Both the position numbers and the translations under genes were made by a program. The notes under the pieces are model-generated. The model was not told the origin of the DNA. It saw only the letters and a list, made by a program, of their open reading frames with translations, and did no database searches. Positions 25,576-60,275 of a stretch of DNA of 64,000 nt are shown piece after piece. Numbering within the stretch: position 1 is the first letter of the stretch; each line of letters opens with the position of its first letter. The DNA is from Botryllus schlosseri (Eukaryota): contig CM119371.1 of assembly GCA_051294905.1 (NCBI GenBank), positions 3,846,001 through 3,910,000 on the forward strand, in the 5' to 3' direction.

Positions 25576-25954
25576 AGCGATCTATATAACTACTAACGGA
25601 TGAATGCTTGTGTGGGGAGAAAACTAAAGGTACTACTTCTGATATACACAAGTTCTTTTGAGATTAATGTATCTGTTTATCTGAAGTGCGGAGTAGGCCT
25701 GTGTAAATTTACGCAGCGAACTGCATACTGATCATTAGTTTATTATGTATCAGAACGTCCGTATCAAATAGGAGACCATTGTTTAAATTCGAACTAAAGT
25801 ATCTTAAACAGTAAACTTAGGAACATCTTCAAATTGGTATTCTTTTACTGTTAGGCTATAGTGAAGTCGAAATGTATATTTGGCATGAATTGAACATAAT
25901 ATCATCGCTCGGTACTTTACCTTCTCATCGCTGCTATATGAAATTCTCTTTCAG

Positions 25955-48555
<22,601 letters not shown>

Positions 48556-49014
48556 GGAGATAAAATGGAATTGACTTCAAACGGAATTTTGAACCTTGAA
48601 CTACATCGCCTATTCCGTCCCTGGTGCAGCTATATCAGATATAGTTCCTTATAATATCGTGAATATACAGGAGGGAAAAAACCTATCCAATCCTTAAAAT
48701 TTAATCAATCTAACATTTATGGTGAAAACAAGGATGGAAGAGATGTAGAACTAGTTTTTCTATTGAGGTTAAAGAATTTCCGCGCGTGTATATTATTGCA
48801 AACATCTATTCAAGTCGTTTCCGCGAACATTTTTTGCAGTGTATAGATATTTAACATTTGTTGCGGAAATTTCCGTTCAGGTCCATTTTTTAGTTACTTA
48901 TGGTATTTTTCTTTCCGCTGAGTTTCAGGAACAGACTGGTAATAACCTTAAAGAGTGTACAGACGAACGCGGTAAATCTTATAATGTAACCTCGCATATT
49001 TCTACTCGTAACGG

Positions 49015-49296
49015 GGTCCGTGGACATATAAGCATGCGACATTATGGCATGCGACACTTCGGCATGCGACAATTGCACATGTGACACTTGAGCATGAGGG
49101 TTAAATTACGGGTTAAGGGTGGGTTAGGGTAAGGCTTTGGGTTAGGATATATATAGCGGTTAATTTCAGGGTTATGTTTCGGGCTAGGGTTAGTTTTGGG
49201 GTTATAAAGTCACATGCTGAAGTGACGCATGCTAAAGTGTCTCATGCTCAACTGTCGTTTTCCATTGTGTCGCATGCTCATATATGTCGGGCAACT
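49015..49296. mobile_element. MULE-type MITE with telomere-like interior (second copy)
   Basis: 9-bp TSD TCGTAACGG; homologous to 4761-5063. Confidence 0.82.
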
Positions 49297-50406
49297 TCGT
49301 AACGGTTTCCATGACTCGTCAAAACTACATGTACTTTACAATATGGAAGATTGGAATGAAGGTCCGGGAAATGGAAATACTAAAGCAGGTAGATCAGAAA
49401 GAAAAGTTGGTCGACCGGTCTCACAATTGTAGCAGTTCAGCGGAGGTAGGCTACGTTCAAAATTCAAGGGTACATCCACACTATTCCTGCAAAATCACCA
49501 ATCACGTAACATAAAGGAGTAAGTATCTTAATATGTTTAGTTACCGCGATACAGAGGCTCTTTCACCGAATGTTGTATTGACAAGTATTACAAACATTTC
49601 ATAAAGCTACACTCTTTTTTACATAATCCAGAGTGCATAAAGTATGTGGTGTTGACTTGAAGGACTGTATACATGGAAGTGGACGTAGTCCGTAACGATA
49701 GGCACTTGAGCAAATAAATGCATGTGGGTAAAAATTCCCAGTGTAATGCAGTAATTCCTTATACCGACCCTCTATCGCCGCAGATGGCGATATCTCGACA
49801 GTTGTGAAGTCACAGTAAAAAATGAAGCCTTGCAATCACACGTCAATACGACACGCGAATAATACTATGCAGTGGTATGCACATTGCAAAGCCTATAGCC
49901 AATTTTAACGGTTGCTCGCATTGCAACATTGCAAGATAGTCACAACGTACGAAGACGACATCGAATTATACGACAATATCGATAAATATGACTATCAGTT
50001 CAGTCTAATAAGGAAGTTGATCTACTTATAAGTCGAAAGTAAGCACATTATCAATTTATATGAATGTCATATAGCCTAGTTTCTTTGGAATAGTAATCAA
50101 AAAACCTAGGATGGGTCATGAAAAAGGGTAGTTACGAAACGACAGGCTTGTGGATAGTATATTAATCCAAAAATTGGGTTCACTTATTTCGTAGATTGTT
50201 AGAAATGATCCGCCAATCTGAAATCCAATATTCTTACGAATCGATAGTTACTCATCTTCCTTAAAATTTCCGGACAAGATACTAGCGAAAATCTTATCAG
50301 GGGATCTATATATTATGACTCAGTTTGGAATGACAAATTATGTAACCATGTTCCGAATTGTGCAGACAGTTGATTATTAAAATGTTACACTGTAAATGAT
50401 CTATCC

Positions 50407-50949
50407 CAGAGGCTGGGCAAGATACGGCCCACGACGGAATTTTGAGCAGCCCGCAGACAGTTTACGGTCCGATGATAATGCGTCCCGCGGCCACAGTCTG
50501 CCTAATTCAATGTGTCACCGAATCAATCCAAGTTTGTCAACCTGAGCTGGTCATGACACTACCTGTTCTGTTCGGGTCTACATTAATTTTTTAGGAAACA
50601 TTTACATAACAAAGCTGCGTTCCAATCAAACTAATGTTCTCGTGCAGTCTTTACTATGGGTATATCTACGTCCGACATGCAGCCAGAATTCAAAGAACTT
50701 GCTGACCATTTTGATCAACTGCAGATGTCATTGACTTTAACAGCTACAAAAGTGCTACATTATGTTATTAAAATATTGATTACTGTTTTGGTCTCTATGC
50801 TTTAAGCTTCAAGTTTATATAAAATATGATTTGTTTTTTGCATTGGTGGATAAATACGCGGCTAATGTATCCATTCAGGAATCCGGTCTGCCGAGTATAC
50901 TTCATTTACCCTTATCCGGCCTGGCGACTGAAGAAGTTATCACTCCCTA
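50407..50949 (+). mobile_element. Charlie-type hAT deletion derivative
   Basis: TSD ATCTATCC; decayed TIRs; C-terminal transposase-like relic ISTSDMQPEFKELADHFDQLQMS. Confidence 0.7.
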
Positions 50950-52304
50950 ATCTATCCGATCACACACAAGCCAGCGAAGGGTAAAGGCACGACAATATTT
51001 GTATTTGAAATGTCAGAACAACGACTCGTCACTTCTGATTGTTCTCTCATGGATGCATCATTTCATTTTTTATGATCATGATCATTCCATTCGATAAAAT
51101 CTTGCCCGCTCCTATTAGTCCACTATTTGCAGTTGTTCTCGCGTTGTTCGTCCGACTGAGTGTTAAGACTTGACAACAACAACAAAAATTTGTCATTTCG
51201 TCTATCCTTCTGCTTCAAAAGTTGGGTGTGACGCGCGAATGTACCGTTTTAAAAGACTCTCACGCGTAGAGGAAGTTAGTAATTACGTGTGTAAGTAAGT
51301 CAATAAACTGCGTATTCTTGTCGATGAAATTGCCCTTTTTGCAACGAGATGTGAGATTTCGGTGTACAAAAATGACTTCCCAAAGCCGGACTCATGTTAC
51401 ATCAATCAGCATCAGCATGTCAAGCAGCCGTCTTGAACTCTCAACAAAAGTTTAATAGATAACACGTCACATACTTCTTATCAAAGTAAATAACCTTTCA
51501 CAAGTTAATACCATATGCTGAATGCTACACGAAAGGGACTACAACATAAAATTAGGACATCACAGTCATATTACATCGGTAAATAATGGATAATACGTCG
51601 CCAAACAAAAACGCTTCGCAATATCTTGTCGCGTCGAGGGACATGTCGCTGCTCCACTTCACTTTACAGAAGGATTACTTAAGAGAAGTCTCCAGTCATT
51701 AAGACAAAGTATTATATGGAGCACCCATATGCAGACTTTATACAAGGGGGCCTGATATGAATAACACTGACAGCCTATAGGGCCGCGTATAGAATTTGTA
51801 GTCGTCGTTAAGTATCCACATCATAAAGAGATCGTCATCAATGATGGATATCATAGTACAGATTGCAATCGTAAACATATTAAAGGAAATCGCGTTAATC
51901 CAGAACATTGTTTTCAGAATATTCGGTGAATTATGTCAAGAATATTCAAGCGCCAAAGTAACGTATGCATTTCTCAGTGATTTGACCCTTATCGTAGCTA
52001 AAGATTATCGAACTAAGAGAAATTGGAAACTCATTTCGCAAGATATACACCATTAACACATGTATTTTTCTACTCGAGTTGAAAAATGTACCTCTACTGG
52101 CGGCGATTGACAATTGACTATTATAGAATGCTCTGTCTTCATGTGCGATGTAAATAAATATGTTCCCTTTTTGTAAACCTGGTGGCGAGCCGCAGAATAA
52201 GTAATTACAGTTCCGAAAATGCTGATATAACATCTTCTTTATATAAATTTAGTGCCATAACGCAAGTGTTTCGTATTTCGGAAAGAATACCGCGCGAATC
52301 AATT

Positions 52305-53549
52305 CTATAACGCACCGAAGCTGCAGTGCGACAATGCGTGGGACTTTAATCTTGACTTACGATAAAACTCCATGCCGCATTCGTCACATCTAAATTCTCT
52401 GAACCCGAAATGAATATTCATGTGCGACTTTAAATCAGATTTCAGACGAAATGCCCAGTTGCATATTTCGCATCTATGAATATTTACATTGAAATGAATA
52501 AGCATGTGCGACTCTAGGCTAAATTTACTGCGTAACTCCAGCCCGCATACATCGCATTCAAACATTTTGATGCCGAAATGAATTCGAAAGTGTGTCCGTA
52601 AGTTTGATATAGAAGTGAACGTCTTGTTGCAAATATCACAGCGATGCTGTCTTGCGTCGATGTGAATCAGTGAATGTGTAGTTAGATCGTGTTTTCGAAG
52701 AAACGCCTTTCCGCATATTCCACATACGTATTCTTTGTTCTTAGTATGAATTCTTAAATGCAGTTTCAAGCTACGGCGAGCTGCATATACTTTTCCGCAG
52801 ATCTCACAACTGTACGTCGCCAGATCCCAGTGAACAGCAGCGTGCGTCTCCAAATACTGCAATGGACGAAACTCTTTTCCACAAACATCGCATTTATATC
52901 CTTTTGCATTTGCGTGATTCAAGACATGGTCTTTGTAGTTCGCTTTCCTTCGGAATCTCTTGTTGCAGATATCGCATTTAAATGCCTTGACGTCCGAATG
53001 CATGGAAACATGGCTTCTGTAATTTGCTTTAGATCGAAATCGTTTGTTGCAGATAGCGCACTGATATTTTTTATCATTGGTGTGAATCAACGAATGTTGT
53101 TGTAAGCGATACTTTCCTATAAAAACCTTCCCACATATATCACACTCGAACGTTTTGTTACTCGTGTGAATTTTCATGTGAAGCCTCAAGTTGATTTTGT
53201 TAACATATGTTTTCCCGCATATTTCACACTCGCACTCTTAACGCCGGACGTGAATTTTCAGATGCTTTTTTATCCTGGTTTTTGAAACGAATGCTTTTCC
53301 GCATACATTGCACTCATGGTCTTTAACTCCAGCGTGAATTTCTGTGTGCTGTTTCATGTTTGCCTTCGTAGTGAATGCCCTTCCGCAAACATCGCACTCG
53401 TGGTCTTTCACTCCGATGTGGAACTTTATATGAATTTTCAGCTTATACTTGCTTCCGAATTCCTTGCCACAGATCTCGCAGACATTTTGGTGGTCCTGGG
53501 CGTGACATTGCAAATGCGCTGCAAAATCCCCAACTTCAAGGAAACGCAT
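52305..53549 (-). CDS. Tandem C2H2 zinc-finger protein, 14 fingers, interrupted by an in-frame TAA at 53238-53240 (pseudogene or sequence error)
   Basis: ORFs 53238-53549 and 52305-53189 share one frame; 14 C-x2-C-x12-H-x3-H units at 28-aa period; non-TGEKP linkers; N-terminus not resolved. Confidence 0.88.
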
Positions 53550-56039
53550 TTCGAAACCAGATCACGATGTACAGGGAACAGAACAAGACAACCACATTAA
53601 ATGATATCTCAAACTCACTTAAAACTATTGTCTGTGTAGACATTTAACATCGAAGACTACAGTAGAGAAATAATATGCACTAAATCATGGTATAAATATA
53701 TGGATTCTTAAACTTAAGCCAGACGCTTTGGATTAGGTCAATTTATCCTATACTTCGTGTATATCAATTTCAACAAGTGGGCCAGCAGCCTAAAATTCCT
53801 ATTAAACACAGTGTTCATGCCATATTTCCATTCGTGCTGGTATTTTTTTGAAGCTTGGTTTGAATAAGCACATGAAAGTTTTGAGTCACCGATTTCCATG
53901 AGATATCTCAGCTAATTTTATCCATTAGCGGATTTATAGTTGGATAAGGACACGATGCGATAAGAAATTCTGGATTCGGTCTGAATATCGCATGGATTAA
54001 AATCTCAAATCAAAATCCGCAGAAACGCATTTCTACATATTTATTACTCTAAATTCTGGTTTCTCGAACCCACGGATAATTCCGTCACTTCCGCGGCTCA
54101 GTTTTAGCGACTGCAACGACGAGCTGGAAGAGTTCCATTTTTTTTCGGATGATCCCTCAAAACTTGTCTAGGACGGATATCTTAAGATTAGCTTTTCCTG
54201 TAGAATGGTAAACGTCTGGTTAAAACTATTAATCGTGGCGCTGAAAGTTTGATTGGATTTCGTGCGAGGATTATCACGAGTCGTCTGGTAATACTTTTAC
54301 TTCAGTGAAGTAGTTTCCGACGATTAATTGTTTGAATCAGAAGACTAACACTCTCCCGAATAATCTGAGTGTATGAGCAGTGAGCACCACCCTCGGCGTC
54401 ATCACGTGTATGGCTATATACTGCGTAACTTACATCGGAATTTTGAAACTGACGCTCTGTCCGCAAAATGAATAACGCCAATCGATTATATAGCTAATAA
54501 TATGACGGAAAATTCCAAGCCCACGACCAAGAAGAACAGCACCCCCAAAATATAGCGTAAACATCTATATTATATAGGTGCCTCAAAGCGAAATAACCAA
54601 AGCGCCGATGTATTTGTGTCTGGTGTACCTCCTTTTCACATAACTCCCTTATCAAATTGTATTTCACTCTGAAATTGTCCTGTCCTTTAGTCGGAATACA
54701 TTATCTCGAATCTACGCATCGACTTCCTATAGGTAGAAACATTCATGTTCAACCGCTATATCATGTGTCAAGTTATATAATACTTACTGACTAGTAACAT
54801 CTACTAAATCAGTGCTGCTTAGTGAGTGACTCACCAGTGAAGCTATTTCAGGTGGGTCGCCCATTCAAATTGCCCGACCTGCCAGCCATATTCCCGCGCT
54901 CACAATTCGTGAGGGTACTGGAATTCACTCCTTCCTGCCAAGGCGTTGCAAACGCTGATCGGGAAATTCGGCAATCCATCGCCATTTGTTGACATAATCA
55001 TTGAACATTCGCGGCGGCGGGAGCTACCCAAACAACTTTCGTCTGACGTGAATGACGAAATACCGATTGGATACGCCCGTTCTCGTTTGTAATGCGTATA
55101 TTTCTGTCTGCTTGGTACACTCTTATTCCCAAATCGTCACACAAGGGTCGGCATCTCGTTTAATTCGTTACTGACACGAGACGCTGCTCGGTAAATTACG
55201 TTGGAATTCGATTGGTTTGTTTGTTTTGGGGTATACATGGTGTTTGTCGACTACTATGGTCATTTACACCAGGTCAATATTCTTCTTACTTTTCCTTAGC
55301 TGCCGACTTATAGCACGGTCCACCTCTAGGCTTTTGCAAGACACCGACGACGCGGATGAGATGGAGAGGAGGAGCCTAGGTTAACCTCCAACACTTAGGT
55401 ATCGGAATTCGGAAGTAATTCGATTGGTCATATCATATCTCATTGTAGTTCGCGCAACGCAACTTGGGTAAAAGTAGGATCACGAACTGAAAAAGGTTGG
55501 GAATGAAATTGATCACTAAAAATTATGCCATATCAATGTTTTGTGATACATCCGCCTCAAATTATCCCCATACTGCGATCAACGTTGACTAATACGCAAT
55601 CGGCACTACCCGTTTAGAATCGGAACAAAGTTGACTCAAAACAATTTGTATCGCAATGGTCAAGTTTTGGCCACGCTGCGAAATATCTTTTCCAGCGAGA
55701 AGATTGTCAGCTTCGAAATGACGTCTATGTTGTAATTCCTGCTAACTAATGCAAGCTATTATCTTTCTTTATCATCTACACGCAACAGCAGTGTATGCCA
55801 TGTAACACAGCGGCAGTACATCATCAAATTTTGCTTTCAACTTCACCGGAACCAACAACCAATAGCTACAATAATAACATAATTCACACTTGATATCAAC
55901 CATAAAATAATGACTAACTATTGGACTGATTATAATTAACAGATCATATCATACGTCACGGAGGCGATTTCATCATGGTATCAGGGTCTTTTCTGATGAT
56001 ATTATACTCAACACGTCATCAGCCATGGCATAGAGAGGA

Positions 56040-56800
56040 AATTATGGCAGAAAAACAAACAGAGCCCACCGAACGAACAATAAAAGATGTTTATATCCAT
56101 ACCTTGGATTGGCCCCATTTCCAACCGCTTTGAAAAATAATTGATTTCTGCGGTCAGTAAGTGTTACGACACAGTCAAAACCAATGTGATTTTCACCACA
56201 ACACAACTGCTCCCTTCATCAAGCAAAGACGTTCTCCCTGCGCTTCAACAAAGTAATGTAGTGTACGAATACAAGTGCCACTGTGATTGTGGCTACGTGG
56301 GAAGGACGTCAAAACGTCTGCAGGAGCACATAAACCAACATGTCCCCAGACTTATCAGAACAAGCGCATCATGCTCAGTGAAAAGCTCACCCTTAACTCA
56401 TCCGCTTAAGATTGATGCTGGTCGATCAAAGGCCAATAATTCTGTCATCCGCAAACATCTATTAGATAATCCGATTTGTGCGAATAATTATTGAGACGCC
56501 CGATTTCGAATCGTTGCGCGGGGCGGTTAACAATTCCATTTGTATGCCTTGGAGTCGACATTTATCAAAATACACCAACCAAAACTCTGTCAACAAAAGG
56601 AGTTCGTGTTCCACCTAAAGTGGTACATTGAGCGCTCTCCCTCTTTCATACTGGTGAGTGGTGACGTCATATTTTATGATACGATTGTTGATATACAATG
56701 TTCTTTCCAATTCTCTACTAGTTGCTGACGATTACCCCTGACGAGTGTCAGCCGGAAATATTCGGGTTCATTTCAATATGAATATACTATTCAATCAAAT
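56040..56800 (+). mobile_element. Penelope-like retroelement 3' fragment (GIY-YIG endonuclease relic plus 3' UTR)
   Basis: SNVVYEYKCHCDCGYVGRTSKRLQEHINQH...KHLLDNPICA...LESTFIKIHQPKLCQQKEF, with internal stops. Confidence 0.9.
56724..56767 (+). ncRNA. Minimal type-I hammerhead ribozyme motif (one core substitution)
   Basis: ACCC-CTGACGA-G-TGTCAGC-C-GGAAATATTC-GGGT: stem I ACCC/GGGT, CUGANGA box, GAAA box altered; upstream GCTGAC is complementary to loop II GTCAGC. Confidence 0.6.
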
Positions 56801-57826
56801 AAATCTCCACATGAGCATACAATGCTAGACCAATGCCTCTCGTGACTTCCATAGCTGCTTCCCATCTTAACACTAAACACCCGAAGCCTCTTCTGAGTCT
56901 ATTGGTTAAGCATAGGAATGATTCTCTGACTTACGAATCAATCGTGACCGAGAACGAAATAACTATGTGAATAAGCGCGTATCGCCGCTAGGCAATGTGA
57001 CAACCAGTTATCAAGGTTATGTTTATTCTGGTCTTCGTCTGAACAATCTATGGTCACTTCTGCCTGATTACTATTAAATATTATCATTTACGGTAGACTT
57101 ACATGCCTGCACCCGAGTTACCGATTAGACCTCCTATAGCACTGGTTCCGAACCGTTTCTTAACCTGGTGAACACTTATGGCCGGTATACAATGAGTGAA
57201 AGCTATGCAAAGCTTAGTACACACGCACTGCCGGCGTAAATCATTCGCGGCCAGGTGTGACCTGCGATTATTCCTGCACAAATACACATTCCCGGCTCCC
57301 CGTCAGGTCACTAATCTAGTACTGTGCACTTGAGCAAACTTCGTCGATTGCGTACGAACTTTGATCCAATGTATAAGGCAATGCCCGGCACTGTATGCAA
57401 AGTCGCGCAGCACAGTCTTCCATCAACGGATTTCGCAGCAGATGAATCAATCTTCAAAAAGATACATCTGATTTCAAACCAATGCTTTTATGAGTAGACT
57501 CATCAAGATCAAAAGGATTTGTTGGTAATCAAATCTGCTCGCCTGTGTATACTATTCCTCATCAGCAGTATCCCCCTTGACATTGTAGAACAAATGTATA
57601 TTATAGTTAAATTTTCACACAAAAACGAAAACAATGTAGTGAATGTTTATTGCATATCATCGTGACGTTTACTGCTGCCTTCCAGAGACCGCCACAGTAC
57701 TGCGAGGTTTCACCTTGGAAAGTGCTATCAATGATATCACATTGTTCGGTCGAAACGCCACAGCGTGATATACCAGTCGCCTATTTGCAAATTGCTCATA
57801 AAAACGCATAAAACAGCACGTCCATT

Positions 57827-58268
57827 TAGGCTTACCATATTTTGGAAATCAAAAAAGAGGAAACTTTTTCAGAAATTTGCAACTTGCAAAACCGGAGTGA
57901 AATTCTCAAAAACCGGTTAATTTTTCCTACTTTGTGATCGGTTGACTAAAAAAAAAGGGTCATCTTTTCCGCTCAGAGCTCAAAATAACGTTTTTCACTC
58001 AACTTTGCCAGGTGGATGACTAAAAAAAAAGGTCATCTTTTCCGCTCAGAGCTAAAATCACCGTTTTTCACTCCGAAATACCCGTCGGAGCTTCACTTCT
58101 GTGCTAAGATGCGGCATATCACTCGCAATCTGCTCTAAATTTGCCTAAATTTTCAAAAAAGAGGACAAAATCTCAAAAAAGAGGACAAAAGGGCGTCCTC
58201 CGAGGACACTTTCAAAAAAGTCAAAAAAGAGGACAAATCCTCTTAAAAAAGGACGTATGGTAAGCCTA
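57827..58268. mobile_element. hAT-type MITE (7663-8085 family, inverted)
   Basis: TIR TAGGCTTACCATA/TATGGTAAGCCTA; no clear TSD. Confidence 0.8.
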
Positions 58269-58279
58269 CCATAGATTTA

Positions 58280-59143
58280 CTAAAGCACGCGCATCACGAT
58301 CAGAGAAAATCTCTTGACTCATCCCATGACGCTTGATTCAGAACCGGAAAAAGCTATGAATTCTGCCATTGGCAAACATTTGTTGAATAATCCTGTTTGT
58401 GCGAAAATGATGGAGACGACAGATTTCACGTCTTTGGGAGAGGCCTGTCAATTGATTACTGCGGACAATAAGTGTTACTACACAGTCACAACCAATGCGA
58501 TTTTTATTGTTACGACTGCACAACTTCTCCCTTCAAAGCGAAAAAACGTGCTCCCTGCACTTTAACAAAGTAATCTAGTGTACGAATATAAGTGCCATTG
58601 TGGTTGTGGCTTCGTAAGAAGAACGACAAAGCGTTTGCAGGAACGCATAAACCAGCATGTCACCAGATCTATCAGAGCACGTGCATTACGCTCGGTGAAA
58701 AGCTCACCTTCAACTCATCCGCTCAAGCTTGATGCTGAGCGATTAAAGGCCGTTAATTCTGCCATCGGCAAAATCTGTAAAATAACCCGATTTGTGCGAA
58801 TAATTATCGAGACCACAGATTTCACTACGTCGGGATGGGGCCATTCACGCTTCCATTTGTGTGCCTTGTAGTCGACTTTATCCAAATATACACCAACCAA
58901 AATTATGTCAACAAAAGGAGTTTGTGTACCACCTTGAAAAATAGTACATTGAACGATTCCTCTTTCGAAATTTCATACTGGTGACGTCCTATTTTGTGAT
59001 ACGATTGTTGGTATACAATGTTATTTCCAATCTCTACTAGTTGCTGACGATTACCCATGACAAGTGTCAGCCGAAAATATTCGGGTTCATTTCAATATGT
59101 ATATACTATTCAATTGTATATTGAAGCTCTGTACCTCCAATAA
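58280..59143 (+). mobile_element. Second Penelope-like fragment with a partial tandem duplication
   Basis: A NSAIGKHLLNNPVCA piece (58310-58445) precedes a longer copy containing VYEYKCHCGCGFVRRTTKRLQERINQH and the same 3' UTR. Confidence 0.88.
59043..59086 (+). ncRNA. Degenerate copy of the hammerhead motif
   Basis: ACCC-ATGACAA-G-TGTCAGC-C-GAAA-ATAT-TC-GGGT: GAAA and cleavage triplet intact, CUGANGA box with two substitutions. Confidence 0.5.
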
Positions 59144-59898
59144 ACTCTTCGTTTGTTGATCAACAATACCCTACCAATGTTCCCTTCGGTATGAATTTAC
59201 AAGTGTGATCGCGCAAGCCAGCGGGGCTCGTGAGTGCTGTTTTCACAGGTTTCACAGACCATAGTGTTTGTATTCAGGACGTGCTAACAAATGCGAGTTT
59301 GTGAGATGTGATTTCAAATTAACTTTGTGACGAGACAAGATGGTGCCAAAATGATTTGGCGTGCATACTTTCGAAGCACAGTGACATCGGGATATAGCTG
59401 ATTGCATACGGTACATCGGTGTTGTAAAACGCTGCTGTGATTTGCGAATATCTCATTCAATACACAGCAGCATGCATATTGTTTACTGCATATGTTACAT
59501 GGATTCTCTGATACCGTCTGAATTCCATATTGTTATCTAATTATTTTCAATAGATTTTATAGAAGGCCTCGTCTGCATTGCCCTGACAGTGCATCGTTCT
59601 TTGTAGCGTGCTCGATTGCAACTGGTAACGGGTATTCCGACCGCGGTTATTAAAAAATGTGGAATTTCGAAGCAATAAGTGACCTATGACATATGCCGCA
59701 AAGAAGATCTAATAGTAAATAAAGCACTTCTTTTATCTAAATGCACTACTACCTGATTACCGAAATACATACTTCACAGTACTACTGATCGCAACCATTC
59801 CAACGGGTTGTTGACACTTTCGGCTCCGAGCCTTCACTGGCCGGGCTGAGAGTCGGTGAGTACGGGATCATAATAGAATATTATCGCTGTGGTTAAAA

Positions 59899-60275
59899 TA
59901 GGTTTGCATTTAAAACAAATGGTTGTTTGAAACACTTTGTTTAAAACATGTTTCAAACACTGTTCTAAACAAAGGCCTTTTTTAAATGTTGTTTTGTTAA
60001 GTTGTGTAAATATGCCATAATTGTGTACATACTTTACAAAAAACATGTTGTAAGAGCCTACGGACGATTACCAGCCGATATAGCCAACGTATACGATATG
60101 GAATGGGTGGGACCCTCAAAATGTCGGTTGAATAGGAGCCAGTTGTATTGGCAATGTCAATTCACTACGACGTCACAATTGAATATTCGTGAATCCATGG
60201 CTTTAAAAAAGCAACAAAGAACATGTTTAAAACAAGAGCCTTGCTTCAAACATGTTTGTTTTAAATGCAACCCAA
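59899..60275. mobile_element. MITE (27680-28072 family, inverted)
   Basis: TIR TAGGTTTGCATTTAAAACAAA/TTTGTTTTAAATGCAACCCAA. Confidence 0.8.

Larger units (their letters stand above)
9180..25580. mobile_element. Foreign-looking island (candidate endogenous DNA-virus or giant-element relic); boundaries approximate
   Basis: Poor in host MITEs; strand-skewed; short or decayed intronless ORFs; 3.6-kb inverted repeat; palindromic 41-bp arrays; GC-rich terminal array. No hallmark gene recognised. Confidence 0.4.

Noticed and set aside
24795..25651. Cluster of overlapping GC-rich ORFs
   Set aside because: They arise from stop-poor MITE ends and the tandem array, with no protein motifs.
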